Positions 1 to 10,247 of a stretch of 64,000 bases of DNA are shown one piece after another (the stretch's first letter is position 1; each line of letters begins with the position of its first letter). Under the pieces are notes generated by a model that saw only the letters and a program-made list of their open reading frames with translations, searched no databases and had not been told where the DNA came from. Position numbers and translations under genes: made by a program. Source of the DNA: an uncultured Bacteroidales bacterium (GTDB lineage: Bacteria; Bacteroidota; Bacteroidia; Bacteroidales; UBA932); assembly GCA_900317925.1 (NCBI GenBank), contig ONIQ01000001.1, positions 18,300 through 82,299 on the forward strand, given 5' to 3'.

Positions 1-1249
1 CCACGGCACACGCTTCTCCAGCAGGGATTCCAGCTGATTGACAATAAGCCCTGTATCGTTCAAGAATCTGCCGGGCAGGCAGGGCGCGTGGCGTTGTCGG
101 GGTGGCAAAAAACCAGGAAGCCTCCCGCGGGAAATACGGGAAGATGGCTTCCAGGTCCTTGTCGGCCATCACCGCATACACGATCAGCAGACGGTCGTAT
201 GTCCCGTTGCGGAGCAGTCCTTCCAACTGGGCAAAATTGCGCTTCAGGGCCGGTGCGTTGTGGGCGATGTCGCAGATCACGTCCGGATTCGACGCCAACT
301 TTTCCCACCGGGCCCGGAGTCCGGCGCGTTGCGCCGTGTGGATCAGCGCGTCCTCCGTCATCGCGGCATCGGCCAGTCCGGAATAGAACGGATCCCGCCG
401 CAAAATATCCCGGGCCGCCAGCACGGTACGGAGATTATCGGCCTGATAGTCACCGCGCAGATCCATTCTGCGCAGCAAAGCGTCCCGATTGTCCCAGAGG
501 GAAGGGTTTACCCGGGGAGCGAAGGTCAGCGGAGCCTGTTCCGCGGCCGCTTTGGCTTCGAAGACTGGGGCGGTTTCCGCATCGTCCTCGCCACAAAGGG
601 CGGGGATACCCGGTTTGATGATGCCGGCTTTCTCGCCGGCGACGGCCGCCCGGGTATGCCCCAGTAACTGACAGTGATCCAATCCGATGGAGGTAATGAC
701 CGACAAATCCGGCCGGATGATGTTGGTGCTGTCCAGCCGGCCGCCGAGGCCCACTTCGATCACCGCCACGTCCACCTGTTCATCGGCGAACCAGCGGAAG
801 GCCATCCCAGTGGTAATTTCGAAGAACGAAAGGTCCAGTTTCTCAAAGGTTTCGCGCCACCTTGTAATAAATTCATAAACGTATGCTTCCGATACCAGTT
901 CCGGCGAGAGGGTGCCGAGGGTGGCACGGGTTTCAGCCGGTATCCCTGCTGCCGGAAGGATGCGGAGGCGTTCACGGAAATCGAGCAGATGGGGCGAAGT
1001 ATAAAGCCCGGTACGCAGCCCCACAGCCGAGAGCATCGACGCCAGCATCGAGGAGACAGACCCTTTTCCGTTGGTACCCGCCACATGAATCGTCCGGAAG
1101 GTCCGTTCCGGACGGCCCAACAGGTCGGCGAACCGTTCCATGTGGGCGAGCCCTGGTTTATAGGCATTTCCGAACCCGGCCTGCTGGACGGAAGGAAAAC
1201 GGTGGAAGATATCTTCCAAACATTTTTGGTATTCTTCGCAATTTATCAT
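1..1249 (-). CDS. folC: Folylpolyglutamate synthase/dihydrofolate synthase, runs off window edge
   Basis: Not in ORF track; hand translation from ATG at 1249: MINCEEYQKC...TIHVAGTNGKGSVSSMLA...GLYTSPHL...FFEITT...VIEVGLGGRLDSTNII; still open at base 1. Confidence 0.93.
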   Translation of the reverse strand, partial: MINCEEYQKCLEDIFHRFPSVQQAGFGNAYKPGLAHMERFADLLGRPERTFRTIHVAGTNGKGSVSSMLASMLSAVGLRTGLYTSPHLLDFRERLRILPAAGIPAETRATLGTLSPELVSEAYVYEFITRWRETFEKLDLSFFEITTGMAFRWFADEQVDVAVIEVGLGGRLDSTNIIRPDLSVITSIGLDHCQLLGHTRAAVAGEKAGIIKPGIPALCGEDDAETAPVFEAKAAAEQAPLTFAPRVNPSLWDNRDALLRRMDLRGDYQADNLRTVLAARDILRRDPFYSGLADAAMTEDALIHTAQRAGLRARWEKLASNPDVICDIAHNAPALKRNFAQLEGLLRNGTYDRLLIVYAVMADKDLEAIFPYFPREASWFFATPTTPRALPARQILERYRAYCQSAGIPAGEACAV

Positions 1250-1309
1250 CCTGCCGATTTTGAACTGAATCCAAAAATAGTTATTTTTACGGAGATTTAT
1301 ACTATCCTT

Positions 1310-2440
1310 ATGAAGGAAAAATCGTCAGCGCTCTATTCGAAATACGTCATTGACGGAATCCAGCAGTCCCTGTCTCCGGCCGCAATGCTGGATGAATGCC
1401 TGCTGGAGCCCCGCAAGGAGGAACCTGCAAAAGAATGGGAACCCGTCGCGGATGAAACCATCGACCCTTCACCCTCGACCTATCATTACGACAGCGAGCA
1501 GGTGGACAGTTACCTCAAGGGAGTCCTCGCCTGCCCGGAGCGGACCTTCCCGACCATTTTTTCGGCCGCCTTCACCCGCAGCCGGATCGCCCGCACCTTG
1601 CTGGACGCACTGTGGCTGCGCGGACGCTTCCGCCTGGAAGACCTGGCCTTGCGCGCAGAATGGAAATGGAATACCCGCGAGTTGGGCAACCTGGCTGCCT
1701 TTTACGACAGTGCGGCCGCCGCGGCAGACTATATCGACAGCCTGGGACTGGGCCTGAGCCGTTATTCGTTTGCGGAAGCCGATGCCTGTTCGGTGACCTT
1801 TAAGGCAGGCATTTCCCGAGGCGGCGGAGAACCGGCCGTGGACGAAGAGGAAATGGAAGAAGGGTCCGGACCGCGGATGGGCCGCCTGCGGGCCATCCCC
1901 GGCGAAATCGTCCCCGACAAAGACAGCTGGCTCATTTATATTCCCTTCGATACCAGTTCGTTCCGGCTGGGCGGGTCCCTGCTGGCGCAGACCATCGGCA
2001 CCTCCGGCAATGCGTGCCCGGAATTACTGGACGCCGATTACCTGATTGACTGCTACGAAGTGGTGCGCGAACTGGTGGAGGACGGTATCCTGCTGAGCGG
2101 ATCGACCGTTTCAGACGGCGGGATGCTGACCGCCCTTCGGAGAATGTGCACCCCCGAGGCGGGAGCGGACATATCGATCCGGGACATCATGAATGCCTAC
2201 AACGAATCCGGCATGGTACGCATTTTGTTCGCGGAAGTACCGGGCGTGATCATCCAGATCCGCGATTCGGATTACGACTATGTCGATGCCGAACTGCTGC
2301 TGCAGGATGTGGCCTATTACCCGCTGGGACATCCGGTTCCCGGAAAGGAGCAGGTGTTCCTGGATCGGGACGGAGGCAATCCGATTACCGCCATCCTGCA
2401 ATCGCTGCTGGCCGGCGGAGCCTCGGAAGGAGAAGACTAA
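1310..2440 (+). CDS. Stand-alone PurL-like (AIR synthase-related, second PurM-like domain) protein, degenerate
   Basis: True start ATG 1310 (ORF-track extension overlaps folC). RLGGSLLAQ, VSDGGML, ILFAEVPGVIIQI resemble the second half of large PurL; no glutaminase domain. Confidence 0.7.
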   Translation: MKEKSSALYSKYVIDGIQQSLSPAAMLDECLLEPRKEEPAKEWEPVADETIDPSPSTYHYDSEQVDSYLKGVLACPERTFPTIFSAAFTRSRIARTLLDALWLRGRFRLEDLALRAEWKWNTRELGNLAAFYDSAAAAADYIDSLGLGLSRYSFAEADACSVTFKAGISRGGGEPAVDEEEMEEGSGPRMGRLRAIPGEIVPDKDSWLIYIPFDTSSFRLGGSLLAQTIGTSGNACPELLDADYLIDCYEVVRELVEDGILLSGSTVSDGGMLTALRRMCTPEAGADISIRDIMNAYNESGMVRILFAEVPGVIIQIRDSDYDYVDAELLLQDVAYYPLGHPVPGKEQVFLDRDGGNPITAILQSLLAGGASEGED

Positions 2441-2455
2441 AACAATAACATACAT

Positions 2456-3802
2456 ATGGCAAAACCCAAGATTTTCGTACTGGATACCAACATCCCGCTG
2501 CATGACTACAAGTCTATCCGGCATTTTCAGGATAACGACCTGGTGATTCCGATCGCCGTTATCGAGGAGCTCGACAAGTTCAAGAAAGGGAATGACACCC
2601 TGAGTTTCAACGCCAGGGGGTTCCTGCGCGAATTGGACAAGATCACCGACGGACGTCTGTTCGGCAAGGACGGCGTTCCCATCGGCCCCAAACTGGGCAA
2701 TATCAAGATTGAGCCCAACCACCCCTTCCCGGATCAACTGAAAGATCTGTTCCTGGACGATATCCAGGATCACCGGATTCTCGCAACGGCCATCTGGGTA
2801 CGGGACCAGCATCCTGACCGCTTCACCGCCCTGGTCACCAAGGATATCAACCTGCGGATGAAGGCGAAAGCCGCCGGCATGGCGGTGCAGGATTACCTCA
2901 CCGACCGGGTCCAGGACGATCATGTGGAAGTGGCGCAGAAAGAAGTGGAGGTACGGGGCGATATCCCCGCCGATGTTCTCCAGAAACTGGCTTATGGCTC
3001 CGATACCGCCATCGACTGGAAGCTCATTGTCCAAAAGGAGCCCAGACCCAACCAATTATATAAATTCCGCTGGGATGCCCATTCGGACGAAGGGCTGGTG
3101 TGTGCCCGCTACGATGCCCGGCGCAAGCAGGTGGTCCTGGTCAAAAACCGCCAGGCCTATGGAATCCGCCCGCGCAACGAGGAGCAGCGTTTCGCCCTGG
3201 ATGCCTGCCTGAATCCGGACATCCAGCTGGTGTCGCTGACCGGCGGAGCCGGTACCGGCAAGACCCTCCTGGCCCTGGCGGCCGCGCTGGAGCAGGAGAA
3301 AGACTTCGACCAGATTATCCTGACCCGCCCGACCATCGTCCTGGGCAACCAGGACATCGGTTTCCTGCCGGGCGACCAGAAAACCAAGATGTCTCCCTTC
3401 ATCCAGCCGATGCTGGATAACATCAACGTAATCAAAGCGCAGTTCCGCCCTTCCTCAAAGGAGGCGCTGCATATCGAGGCCCTGCTGAAAGAAGAGAAGC
3501 TGCTGATTTCTCCACTGGCCTATATCCGCGGCCGCAGCCTGGGGAAGGTGTTCTTCATCGTGGACGAGGCCCAGAACCTGACGCCGCACGAAGTCAAGAC
3601 CATCATCACCCGCGCCGGAGAAGGCACCAAGATGATCTTTACGGGCGATATTTTCCAGATTGATTCCCCTTATCTGGACCAGTGGTCGAACGGCCTGACC
3701 CATTTGGGTGAAAAGATGAATGGACAGAAGCTTTTCCAACATATCTTCCTTCGGAAAGGAGAAAGAAGTGAATTGTCAGAAATCGCGTCGAAATTATTAT
3801 AA
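2456..3802 (+). CDS. PIN-domain PhoH-family ATPase (PhoH2/YlaK-like)
   Basis: PIN motif FVLDTN, Walker A GGAGTGKT, RGRS, Walker B IVDEAQN, TGD..QID. Confidence 0.9.
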   Translation: MAKPKIFVLDTNIPLHDYKSIRHFQDNDLVIPIAVIEELDKFKKGNDTLSFNARGFLRELDKITDGRLFGKDGVPIGPKLGNIKIEPNHPFPDQLKDLFLDDIQDHRILATAIWVRDQHPDRFTALVTKDINLRMKAKAAGMAVQDYLTDRVQDDHVEVAQKEVEVRGDIPADVLQKLAYGSDTAIDWKLIVQKEPRPNQLYKFRWDAHSDEGLVCARYDARRKQVVLVKNRQAYGIRPRNEEQRFALDACLNPDIQLVSLTGGAGTGKTLLALAAALEQEKDFDQIILTRPTIVLGNQDIGFLPGDQKTKMSPFIQPMLDNINVIKAQFRPSSKEALHIEALLKEEKLLISPLAYIRGRSLGKVFFIVDEAQNLTPHEVKTIITRAGEGTKMIFTGDIFQIDSPYLDQWSNGLTHLGEKMNGQKLFQHIFLRKGERSELSEIASKLL

Positions 3803-3810
3803 TTTTTTAC

Positions 3811-3818
3811 TATCTTTG
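3811..3818 (+). promoter_or_regulatory. Bacteroidetes -7 promoter box for ppdK
   Basis: TATCTTTG matches TAnnTTTG, 36 nt before ATG 3855. Confidence 0.65.
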
Positions 3819-3854
3819 CGATTTCAATTCAGAAATAATTAATTATCAAAGAAT

Positions 3855-6581
3855 ATGTTTGAGAATAAGAAAAGAGTTTACACCTTTGGCGGCAAGAAGG
3901 CCGAGGGTGATGGCCACATGCGTGAGCTCCTGGGTGGAAAGGGAGCCAACCTGGCTGAAATGAGCCGCCTGGGCATGCCGGTACCGGCCGGTTTCACCAT
4001 TACGACGGAATGCTGCGCCGAATACTATGCACTCGGCGGCGGCTATACGAAAGAGTTGAAGGGCGAGGTAGCCGACGCCCTTGCCGCTACGGAAAAGATC
4101 ATGGGCAAGAAATTCGGCGATCCGAACGACCCGCTGCTGGTGAGCTGCCGTTCCGGTGCCCGCTCCTCCATGCCGGGCATGATGGATACCATCCTCAACA
4201 TCGGCCTTTGCTCCGCCACGCTTCCGGGCATGATCAAGAAGACCGGCAACCCGCGTTTCGTGTATGACGCCTACCGCCGTCTGATCATGATGTACTCCGA
4301 CGTGGTGATGGAGAAAGCCGAAGGCATCGAGCCGGCCGACGGCCAGGGCATCCGCCAGCAGCTGGACCGCATGATGCAGGAACTCAAGGACAAGAAAGGA
4401 TACAAGAGCGATACCGAGATCACTGCCGATGAGCTGAAAGAGCTCGCCGAGGCCTTCAAGGTCCGGATCAAGGAAGTGCTCGGCGTGGAATTCCCGGATT
4501 CCGCCGAAGCCCAGCTGTGGGGCTCCATCGGCGGCGTGTTCAAGTCCTGGAACGGCAAACGCGCCATCGCTTATCGCCGCATCGAAAAGATTCCCGATGA
4601 TTGGGGAACGGCCGTTAACGTGCAGTCGATGGTGTTCGGCAACATGGGCGAAACCTCCGCTACGGGTGTGGCGTTCTCCCGCAACCCGGCCAACGGTGAC
4701 AACAAGTTCTATGGTGAATGGCTGATCAACGCCCAGGGCGAGGATGTGGTAGCCGGTATCCGGACCCCGAACCCGCTCAACGAAGCCACCAAGAGCGAGA
4801 AAAACAAAAATCTGGTATCGCTTGAGAAGGCGATGCCCGAAGTATATAAAGAGCTGGATGAGATCCGTCTGAAACTGGAAAATCACTTCCAGGACATGCA
4901 GGATATCGAATTCACCATCCAGGAAGGTCACCTGTGGATGCTGCAGTGCCGTATTGGCAAGCGTACCGGTCTGGCCGCCCTGCAGATGGCGTCCGATATG
5001 GTGGCCGAGGGGATGATCAACGAAAAGACCGCCGTGATGCGGGTCTCCCCTGCCCAGCTGGATGAAATCCTGCACCCGATCCTCGACCCGGCCTCCGAGA
5101 AGAAAGCCACGGTCCTGGCCCAGGGCCTGCCCGCTTCCCCGGGTGGAGCCGTCGGCACCATCGTCTTTACCTCCGAGGCTGCCATGGAAGCTGCCGCTGC
5201 CGGCAAGCAGACCATCCTGATCCGCGAAGAGACCTCCCCTGAAGATATCGAAGGCATGCGTGCCTCGTCCGGTATCCTGACCATGCGGGGCGGTATGACC
5301 TCCCACGCAGCCCTCGTGGCCCGCGGCTGGGGTAAATGCTGCATCGTGGGTTGCGATGCCATGAAGATCGATTTCGAGAACAAGACCGTCACCTTCTCCG
5401 AAGGCGGCAAGGTCTATCGTGAAGGCGACTGGTTGTCGCTGAACGGCACGAAGGGTCTGGTTTACGGCACCAAGATCAGCACGATGGATGCTTCCGAGAA
5501 TCCGCTCTTCATCAAGTTCATGGATATGGTGGACAAGTTCCGCCAGATTGGTGTCCGCACCAATGCCGATACGCCCGAGGATGCCACGAAGGCCCTCCAG
5601 TTCGGTGCCGAAGGCATCGGCCTGTTCCGTATCGAGCACATGTTCTACGGCAAGAATTCCGAGACTCCGCTGGCCAAACTGCGCAAGATGATTCTCTGCG
5701 ACACGGACGAGGAGCGCAAAGCCGCTCTGGCCGACCTGGAGCCTTACATGAAGGCCGCCGTCAAGAGCACGCTGAAGATCATGGACGGTAAGCCCGTCGT
5801 CTTCCGCCTCCTGGACCCGCCGCTCCACGAGTTCGTGCCCAAGACCGAGGAAAAGAAGAAAGAGATTGCCCGCGACCTGGGCGTAACCGTCGAGGAAATC
5901 GAGAAGCGTGGCGAATCCCTGCATGAGGTGAACCCGATGATGGGTCACCGCGGTGTCCGTCTGCACGTGAGCTTCCCGCTCATCGCCGAGACCCAGTACA
6001 AGGCCATCTTCGAGGCAACCGCCGAGCTGCTGATCGAGGGTCTGCACCCGATGCCGGAAATCATGATCCCGGTGACCATCTCCGCCCGTGAGCTGAGCTT
6101 CCAGAAAGCCATCTGCGACCGCGTAAAAGCCCAGGTAGAAGGCATCAAGATGCAGAACATCGACTACAAGTTCGGTACGATGATCGAGATCCCGCGTGCC
6201 GCCCTGACCGCCGACCGCATGGCCCGTGCCGCCGAGTTCTTCTCCTTCGGTACCAACGACCTTACCCAGATGACCTTCGGCTTCAGCCGCGATGATATCG
6301 GAACCTTTATGGGCGACTACCTCGGCAACAAGATCCTGGATGCCGACCCGTTCCAGACCATCGATGTCAAGAGCGTGGGCAAGCTCGTCGAACTGGGTGT
6401 CCAGTCCGGCCGCAGCAAACGTCCCGACCTGAAGTGCGGTGTTTGCGGTGAGCATGGCGGTGATCCCGACTCCATCAAGTTCTTCAACAAGATTGGTGTG
6501 GATTACGTATCCTGCTCTCCTTTCCGGGTGCCGATCGCCCGCCTTGCCGCGGCCCAGGCAGCCATCCAGCAGAACAGCTAA
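3855..6581 (+). CDS. ppdK: Pyruvate, phosphate dikinase
   Basis: LLGGKGANLAEM, GEDVVAG, TSHAA phospho-His motif, FSFGTNDLTQ, CGEHGGDP; 908 aa. Confidence 0.98.
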   Translation: MFENKKRVYTFGGKKAEGDGHMRELLGGKGANLAEMSRLGMPVPAGFTITTECCAEYYALGGGYTKELKGEVADALAATEKIMGKKFGDPNDPLLVSCRSGARSSMPGMMDTILNIGLCSATLPGMIKKTGNPRFVYDAYRRLIMMYSDVVMEKAEGIEPADGQGIRQQLDRMMQELKDKKGYKSDTEITADELKELAEAFKVRIKEVLGVEFPDSAEAQLWGSIGGVFKSWNGKRAIAYRRIEKIPDDWGTAVNVQSMVFGNMGETSATGVAFSRNPANGDNKFYGEWLINAQGEDVVAGIRTPNPLNEATKSEKNKNLVSLEKAMPEVYKELDEIRLKLENHFQDMQDIEFTIQEGHLWMLQCRIGKRTGLAALQMASDMVAEGMINEKTAVMRVSPAQLDEILHPILDPASEKKATVLAQGLPASPGGAVGTIVFTSEAAMEAAAAGKQTILIREETSPEDIEGMRASSGILTMRGGMTSHAALVARGWGKCCIVGCDAMKIDFENKTVTFSEGGKVYREGDWLSLNGTKGLVYGTKISTMDASENPLFIKFMDMVDKFRQIGVRTNADTPEDATKALQFGAEGIGLFRIEHMFYGKNSETPLAKLRKMILCDTDEERKAALADLEPYMKAAVKSTLKIMDGKPVVFRLLDPPLHEFVPKTEEKKKEIARDLGVTVEEIEKRGESLHEVNPMMGHRGVRLHVSFPLIAETQYKAIFEATAELLIEGLHPMPEIMIPVTISARELSFQKAICDRVKAQVEGIKMQNIDYKFGTMIEIPRAALTADRMARAAEFFSFGTNDLTQMTFGFSRDDIGTFMGDYLGNKILDADPFQTIDVKSVGKLVELGVQSGRSKRPDLKCGVCGEHGGDPDSIKFFNKIGVDYVSCSPFRVPIARLAAAQAAIQQNS

Positions 6582-6600
6582 TCAAATGGCTATCCATACG

Positions 6601-6635
6601 AAAAGCCCGCGCGAGGAATCGCACGGGCTTTTTCT
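6601..6635. terminator. Bidirectional intrinsic terminator between ppdK and the DUF4838-like gene
   Basis: AAAAGCCCG-CGCGA-GGAA-TCGCA-CGGGCTTTTT between convergent stops. Confidence 0.8.
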
Positions 6636-7679
6636 TTAGAACGAACGCAGCAAGCTGCCATATTCTTCCACCGGTTCCGTCGAAGGAAAACGGTCGAAAT
6701 AATCCGCATCCATATATACCGCAAAGGATGTCACGTTCCGGATGCCGTAACGGGCGTAGGTAGCCAGGTCGGAACGACACACGTCGGAACGCCAGGGCAG
6801 CTGCACGGCGGGACGTTTCCACCGGCTGAACAGGGACACGTCCAGCCAATATTCCAGCACCACGGCATCTTCGGCAGGGAAAACTTCCAGGTTCTGTTCC
6901 AGCCAGCGAAGGTTGTCTCCGTTGGTCACGGGATAGCCCCGTGGGCAGAGGACGTCCTCCTCGGTCAGTGGCGCATCCCAACTGCGGTAGATGGGTGCGA
7001 ATTCCAGGAAGATTCCTTCCTCGGGCTGCACCTTTCGCGGCGGATCCATGAAGAAAGAATAGGCCAGGTGCGCCACTTTTGCCTGCGGGTCCACTTCGCG
7101 GATGGCACGAAGCATCCGGTTCTCCACGATAAGCGCCTGTTCACTGGGAGAATACGCCCGGCACAGCGGACACTGGCATACGGGAGCGTTGTCGTCCAGC
7201 CAGAGATAGTAGCGGTGATTGTCGGGCCGAAGCGTCCGTGCAAGGGCGGCGGCATTGCCGGCAATAATATCCAGCGCCTTCCCGCTGTGGACGCAACAAT
7301 TGTAATCCGGGGTGCGCCGTCCGCAGGTATCCATCCGGAACAGGGTCGAGTCCTGCGCGAACAACTCGCGCGGAAGGAGTTCACCCATCGCATGCAGCTG
7401 ATGTTCCACACAGATACCGTATCGCCGGCAATCTCGTTGAAAACGAGCACCTTCCGGGGTTGCCAGGAAGGCGGTAACCTCGGAAGGTGTCATGTGCGTG
7501 CCGATGGTGTTGATGCCGACGCGCCCGGCCATCGCAGGCCAATCCACTTCGGAGAGTTCCTTCGTCGAAAGGACGAGGCCCCGCATCTGCCACCACGAAG
7601 ACCCATCGGGAGTCCGGGAGCAGGCGACAACCGTCAGCAGCAGGGCCAGGCAGACGCGAAGGAGACTCCGCGGTTGCAT
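6636..7679 (-). CDS. DUF4838-like lipoprotein
   Basis: Lipobox LTVVAC; WLDD..PVCQCPLC, AHLAY, LEFAPI, LEYWLDVS; start overlaps fumarase stop (TGATG). Confidence 0.65.
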   Translation of the reverse strand: MQPRSLLRVCLALLLTVVACSRTPDGSSWWQMRGLVLSTKELSEVDWPAMAGRVGINTIGTHMTPSEVTAFLATPEGARFQRDCRRYGICVEHQLHAMGELLPRELFAQDSTLFRMDTCGRRTPDYNCCVHSGKALDIIAGNAAALARTLRPDNHRYYLWLDDNAPVCQCPLCRAYSPSEQALIVENRMLRAIREVDPQAKVAHLAYSFFMDPPRKVQPEEGIFLEFAPIYRSWDAPLTEEDVLCPRGYPVTNGDNLRWLEQNLEVFPAEDAVVLEYWLDVSLFSRWKRPAVQLPWRSDVCRSDLATYARYGIRNVTSFAVYMDADYFDRFPSTEPVEEYGSLLRSF

Positions 7680-9307
7680 CAGAGACCGAGTTTCTTGAAG
7701 AAATCGTTCCCCTTGTCGTCCACCAGGATGAAGGCCGGGAAGTCTTCAACCGTGATTTTCCAGATGGCTTCCATACCCAGATCGGGATACTCGACGCATT
7801 CAATGCTGCGGATGCTGCTCTGGGAGAGCACAGCCGCCACACCGCCGATCGTACCCAGATAGAAACCGCCGTGCTTCTGGCAGGCATCCGTGACCACCTT
7901 GGAACGGTTACCCTTGGCAATCATCACCAGGGAGGCGCCATGGTCCTGGAACTCATCGACATACGGGTCCATGCGGTTGGCTGTGGTGGGGCCCATGGAG
8001 CCGCAGGGATAGCCAGCCGGGGTCTTGGCAGGACCGGCATACAGGATGGGATGGTCCTTGAAATAGGCGGGCATGCCTTCGCCGGCATCCAGGCGGGCTT
8101 TCAACTTGGCGTGCGCGATGTCTCGGGCCACGATGATGGTTCCCTTGAGGTTTACGCGGGTGCCTACGGCATATTTGGTAAGTTCTGCACGTACGGCGTC
8201 AATCCCCTTGTCCAGGTCGATCTCAATGCCCTTAGGGCCTTCTCCGGGCCGACGCAGCTCCTCCGGAATCAGCTCCGAGGGGTTGGTGTCCAGTTTCTCG
8301 ATCCAGACGCCGTCCGCATTGATCTTGGACTTGACGTTGCGGTCGGCGCTGCAACTTACGCCCATGCCGATGGGGCAGCTGGCACCGTGCCGGGGAAGAC
8401 GGATCACCCGAATGTCGTGAGCAAGGTATTTCCCACCGAACTGGGCGCCCAGACCAATCTTCTGGGCTTCCTTCAGGAGTTTTTCCTCCAGATCGATATC
8501 ACGGAAGGCACGGCCGGTTTCATCTCCGGTAGTGGGCAGGCTGTCATAGTATTTGATGCTGGCCAGCTTCACGGTAAGCAGGTTCTTTTCGGCCGAGGTA
8601 CCGCCAATCACAAAGGCGATGTGATAGGGAGGGCAGGCCGCCGTGCCAAGCGAGCGCATCTTTTCTACCAGGAACGGAAGGAGGGTGCCTTCGTTCTGGA
8701 TGGTGGCCTTGGTCATGGGGTAGAAATACGTCTTGTTGGCGCTGCCGCCGCCCTTTGCCACCATGATGAAACGGTATTCGCTTCCCTGCACCGCCTCGAT
8801 GTCAATCTGGGCAGGCAGGTTGCACTTGGTGTTAACCTCGTCGTACATGTTCAGCGGAGCGTTCTGGCTGTAGCGCAGGTTCTCCTGTGTATAGGTGTTG
8901 AAGACACCCAGGCTAAGCGCTTCTTCGTCCTCGAAGCCGGTCCAGACGGCCTGGCCCTTCTCTCCGTGGATGATGGCCGTTCCCGTATCCTGGCAGAACG
9001 GGAGGACACCCTTGACGGCAGTCTCGGCGTTCCGAAGGAACTGCAGGGCGACGTATTTGTCGTTCTCGGAGGCTTCGGGGTCCTTGAGGATCTGAGCCAC
9101 CTGCTCGTTGTGCGCGCGGCGGAGCATGAATTCGCAGTCATGGAAGGACTGCTGGGCCACCAGCGTGAGGGCTTCAGGGCTCACTTTGAGCATTTTGCAG
9201 CCCTCGAAATCGGCCGTAGAGACCAGCTTCTCCGACCCGGGAATTTTGTAGTATTCAGTGGTGTCTTCTCCCAACTGAAACATGGGTGCATACTTAAAAT
9301 CAGGCAT
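7679..9307 (-). CDS. fumA: Fumarate hydratase class I (Fe-S)
   Basis: [47 protein letters not shown]; 542 aa. Confidence 0.97.
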   Translation of the reverse strand: MPDFKYAPMFQLGEDTTEYYKIPGSEKLVSTADFEGCKMLKVSPEALTLVAQQSFHDCEFMLRRAHNEQVAQILKDPEASENDKYVALQFLRNAETAVKGVLPFCQDTGTAIIHGEKGQAVWTGFEDEEALSLGVFNTYTQENLRYSQNAPLNMYDEVNTKCNLPAQIDIEAVQGSEYRFIMVAKGGGSANKTYFYPMTKATIQNEGTLLPFLVEKMRSLGTAACPPYHIAFVIGGTSAEKNLLTVKLASIKYYDSLPTTGDETGRAFRDIDLEEKLLKEAQKIGLGAQFGGKYLAHDIRVIRLPRHGASCPIGMGVSCSADRNVKSKINADGVWIEKLDTNPSELIPEELRRPGEGPKGIEIDLDKGIDAVRAELTKYAVGTRVNLKGTIIVARDIAHAKLKARLDAGEGMPAYFKDHPILYAGPAKTPAGYPCGSMGPTTANRMDPYVDEFQDHGASLVMIAKGNRSKVVTDACQKHGGFYLGTIGGVAAVLSQSSIRSIECVEYPDLGMEAIWKITVEDFPAFILVDDKGNDFFKKLGL

Positions 9308-9337
9308 TATCGTATGAATTAATTTTGATCAAGTTTA

Positions 9338-9386
9338 CAAAGATAGCAAATCTTTTTGCAGATTTCGAAAGGATTTTATACATTTG
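9338..9386. promoter_or_regulatory. Divergent -7 promoter boxes (fumarase on -, kinase on +)
   Basis: CAAAGATA 9338-9345 (TATCTTTG on -) and TACATTTG 9379-9386. Confidence 0.6.
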
Positions 9387-9401
9387 AAAAAACTCGCACA
9401 T

Positions 9402-10247
9402 ATGCTATCATACGAAACCATCAATCTGGACGATTATGCCCGCACCGGAGAAGGTGGGACAGCCGTTTCCTACAAACACAAGACGCAGGACACGCTGGCC
9501 AAGCTATATAACCCGGGCTTCGAAGCAGACAGGGCCGTAGAGGAGTTCCTGACCGCCCGGACCGTGTATGAGATGGGGGTTCCGACACCCAAGCCTTACC
9601 GGCTGGTGACCGACGGAGAACGCTTTGGGGGTGAATATGAGTTTATTCCCGGAAAGCGCTCCTTTGCCCGCATCATTTCGGAAGAGCCGGAACGGCTCGA
9701 GGAGATCTCACGGGAATTCGCCCGGCAAGCCCGTCTCCTTCATACCCAAAAAGCCGACACCACGAAGTTGCGTTCCTACAAAAAGGCGATACAAAAGTTT
9801 TATCAGGAAAAAAATCTGGTACCCGAGGACTTTAAGCAACGTGTACTTCGCTTTTTGGAAGCGGTTCCCGACACGCCGACCCTGCTCCACGGAGACCTTC
9901 ACATCGGCAATATCATTACCGACGGCAAGAAGACCCTATGGATTGATGTCGGAGAATTCAGCTACGGCGTTCCTGAATGGGATTTAGGTATTTTGTGGAC
10001 CATGACCCACAACATGAAGCAAGACAAAGCGGAATATCTTTTCCATGTCTCTTCCGAAACCCTGACCGCCCACTGGGATTACTTCTTCCCGGCTTATCTG
10101 CAGACATCTGACCCGCAGGTCTTAGGATCATACATCCGGCGGTTCCTCCCGTTCTATGCCGCAAAGGTTCCCTACGTTTTTGACATGGCTTACCACCGCC
10201 CGTTCCCGGAGGAGGGTATCGCCAGAATAAGCCCAATGCTACCATGA
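9402..10247 (+). CDS. APH-like phosphotransferase, TIGR02172 (Fibrobacter paralog) family-like
   Basis: GEGG..VSY, KLYNPGF, KRSFARIISEEP, HGDLHIGN, WIDVG, GVPEWDLG; ATG 9402 preferred because TTG 9384 lies inside the promoter box. Confidence 0.75.
   Translation: MLSYETINLDDYARTGEGGTAVSYKHKTQDTLAKLYNPGFEADRAVEEFLTARTVYEMGVPTPKPYRLVTDGERFGGEYEFIPGKRSFARIISEEPERLEEISREFARQARLLHTQKADTTKLRSYKKAIQKFYQEKNLVPEDFKQRVLRFLEAVPDTPTLLHGDLHIGNIITDGKKTLWIDVGEFSYGVPEWDLGILWTMTHNMKQDKAEYLFHVSSETLTAHWDYFFPAYLQTSDPQVLGSYIRRFLPFYAAKVPYVFDMAYHRPFPEEGIARISPMLP

Noticed and set aside
674-1309. N-terminal extension of the 588-aa ORF
   Set aside because: Antisense to folC; promoter-like AT-rich region and homology point to ATG 1310.
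3846-6455. 869-aa antisense ORF opposite ppdK (also long antisense ORFs opposite nrdD, gdhA, korA, bamA, fumarase)
   Set aside because: Shadow frames expected from strong codon bias in GC-rich genes; no recognisable motifs; each mirrors the sense gene.
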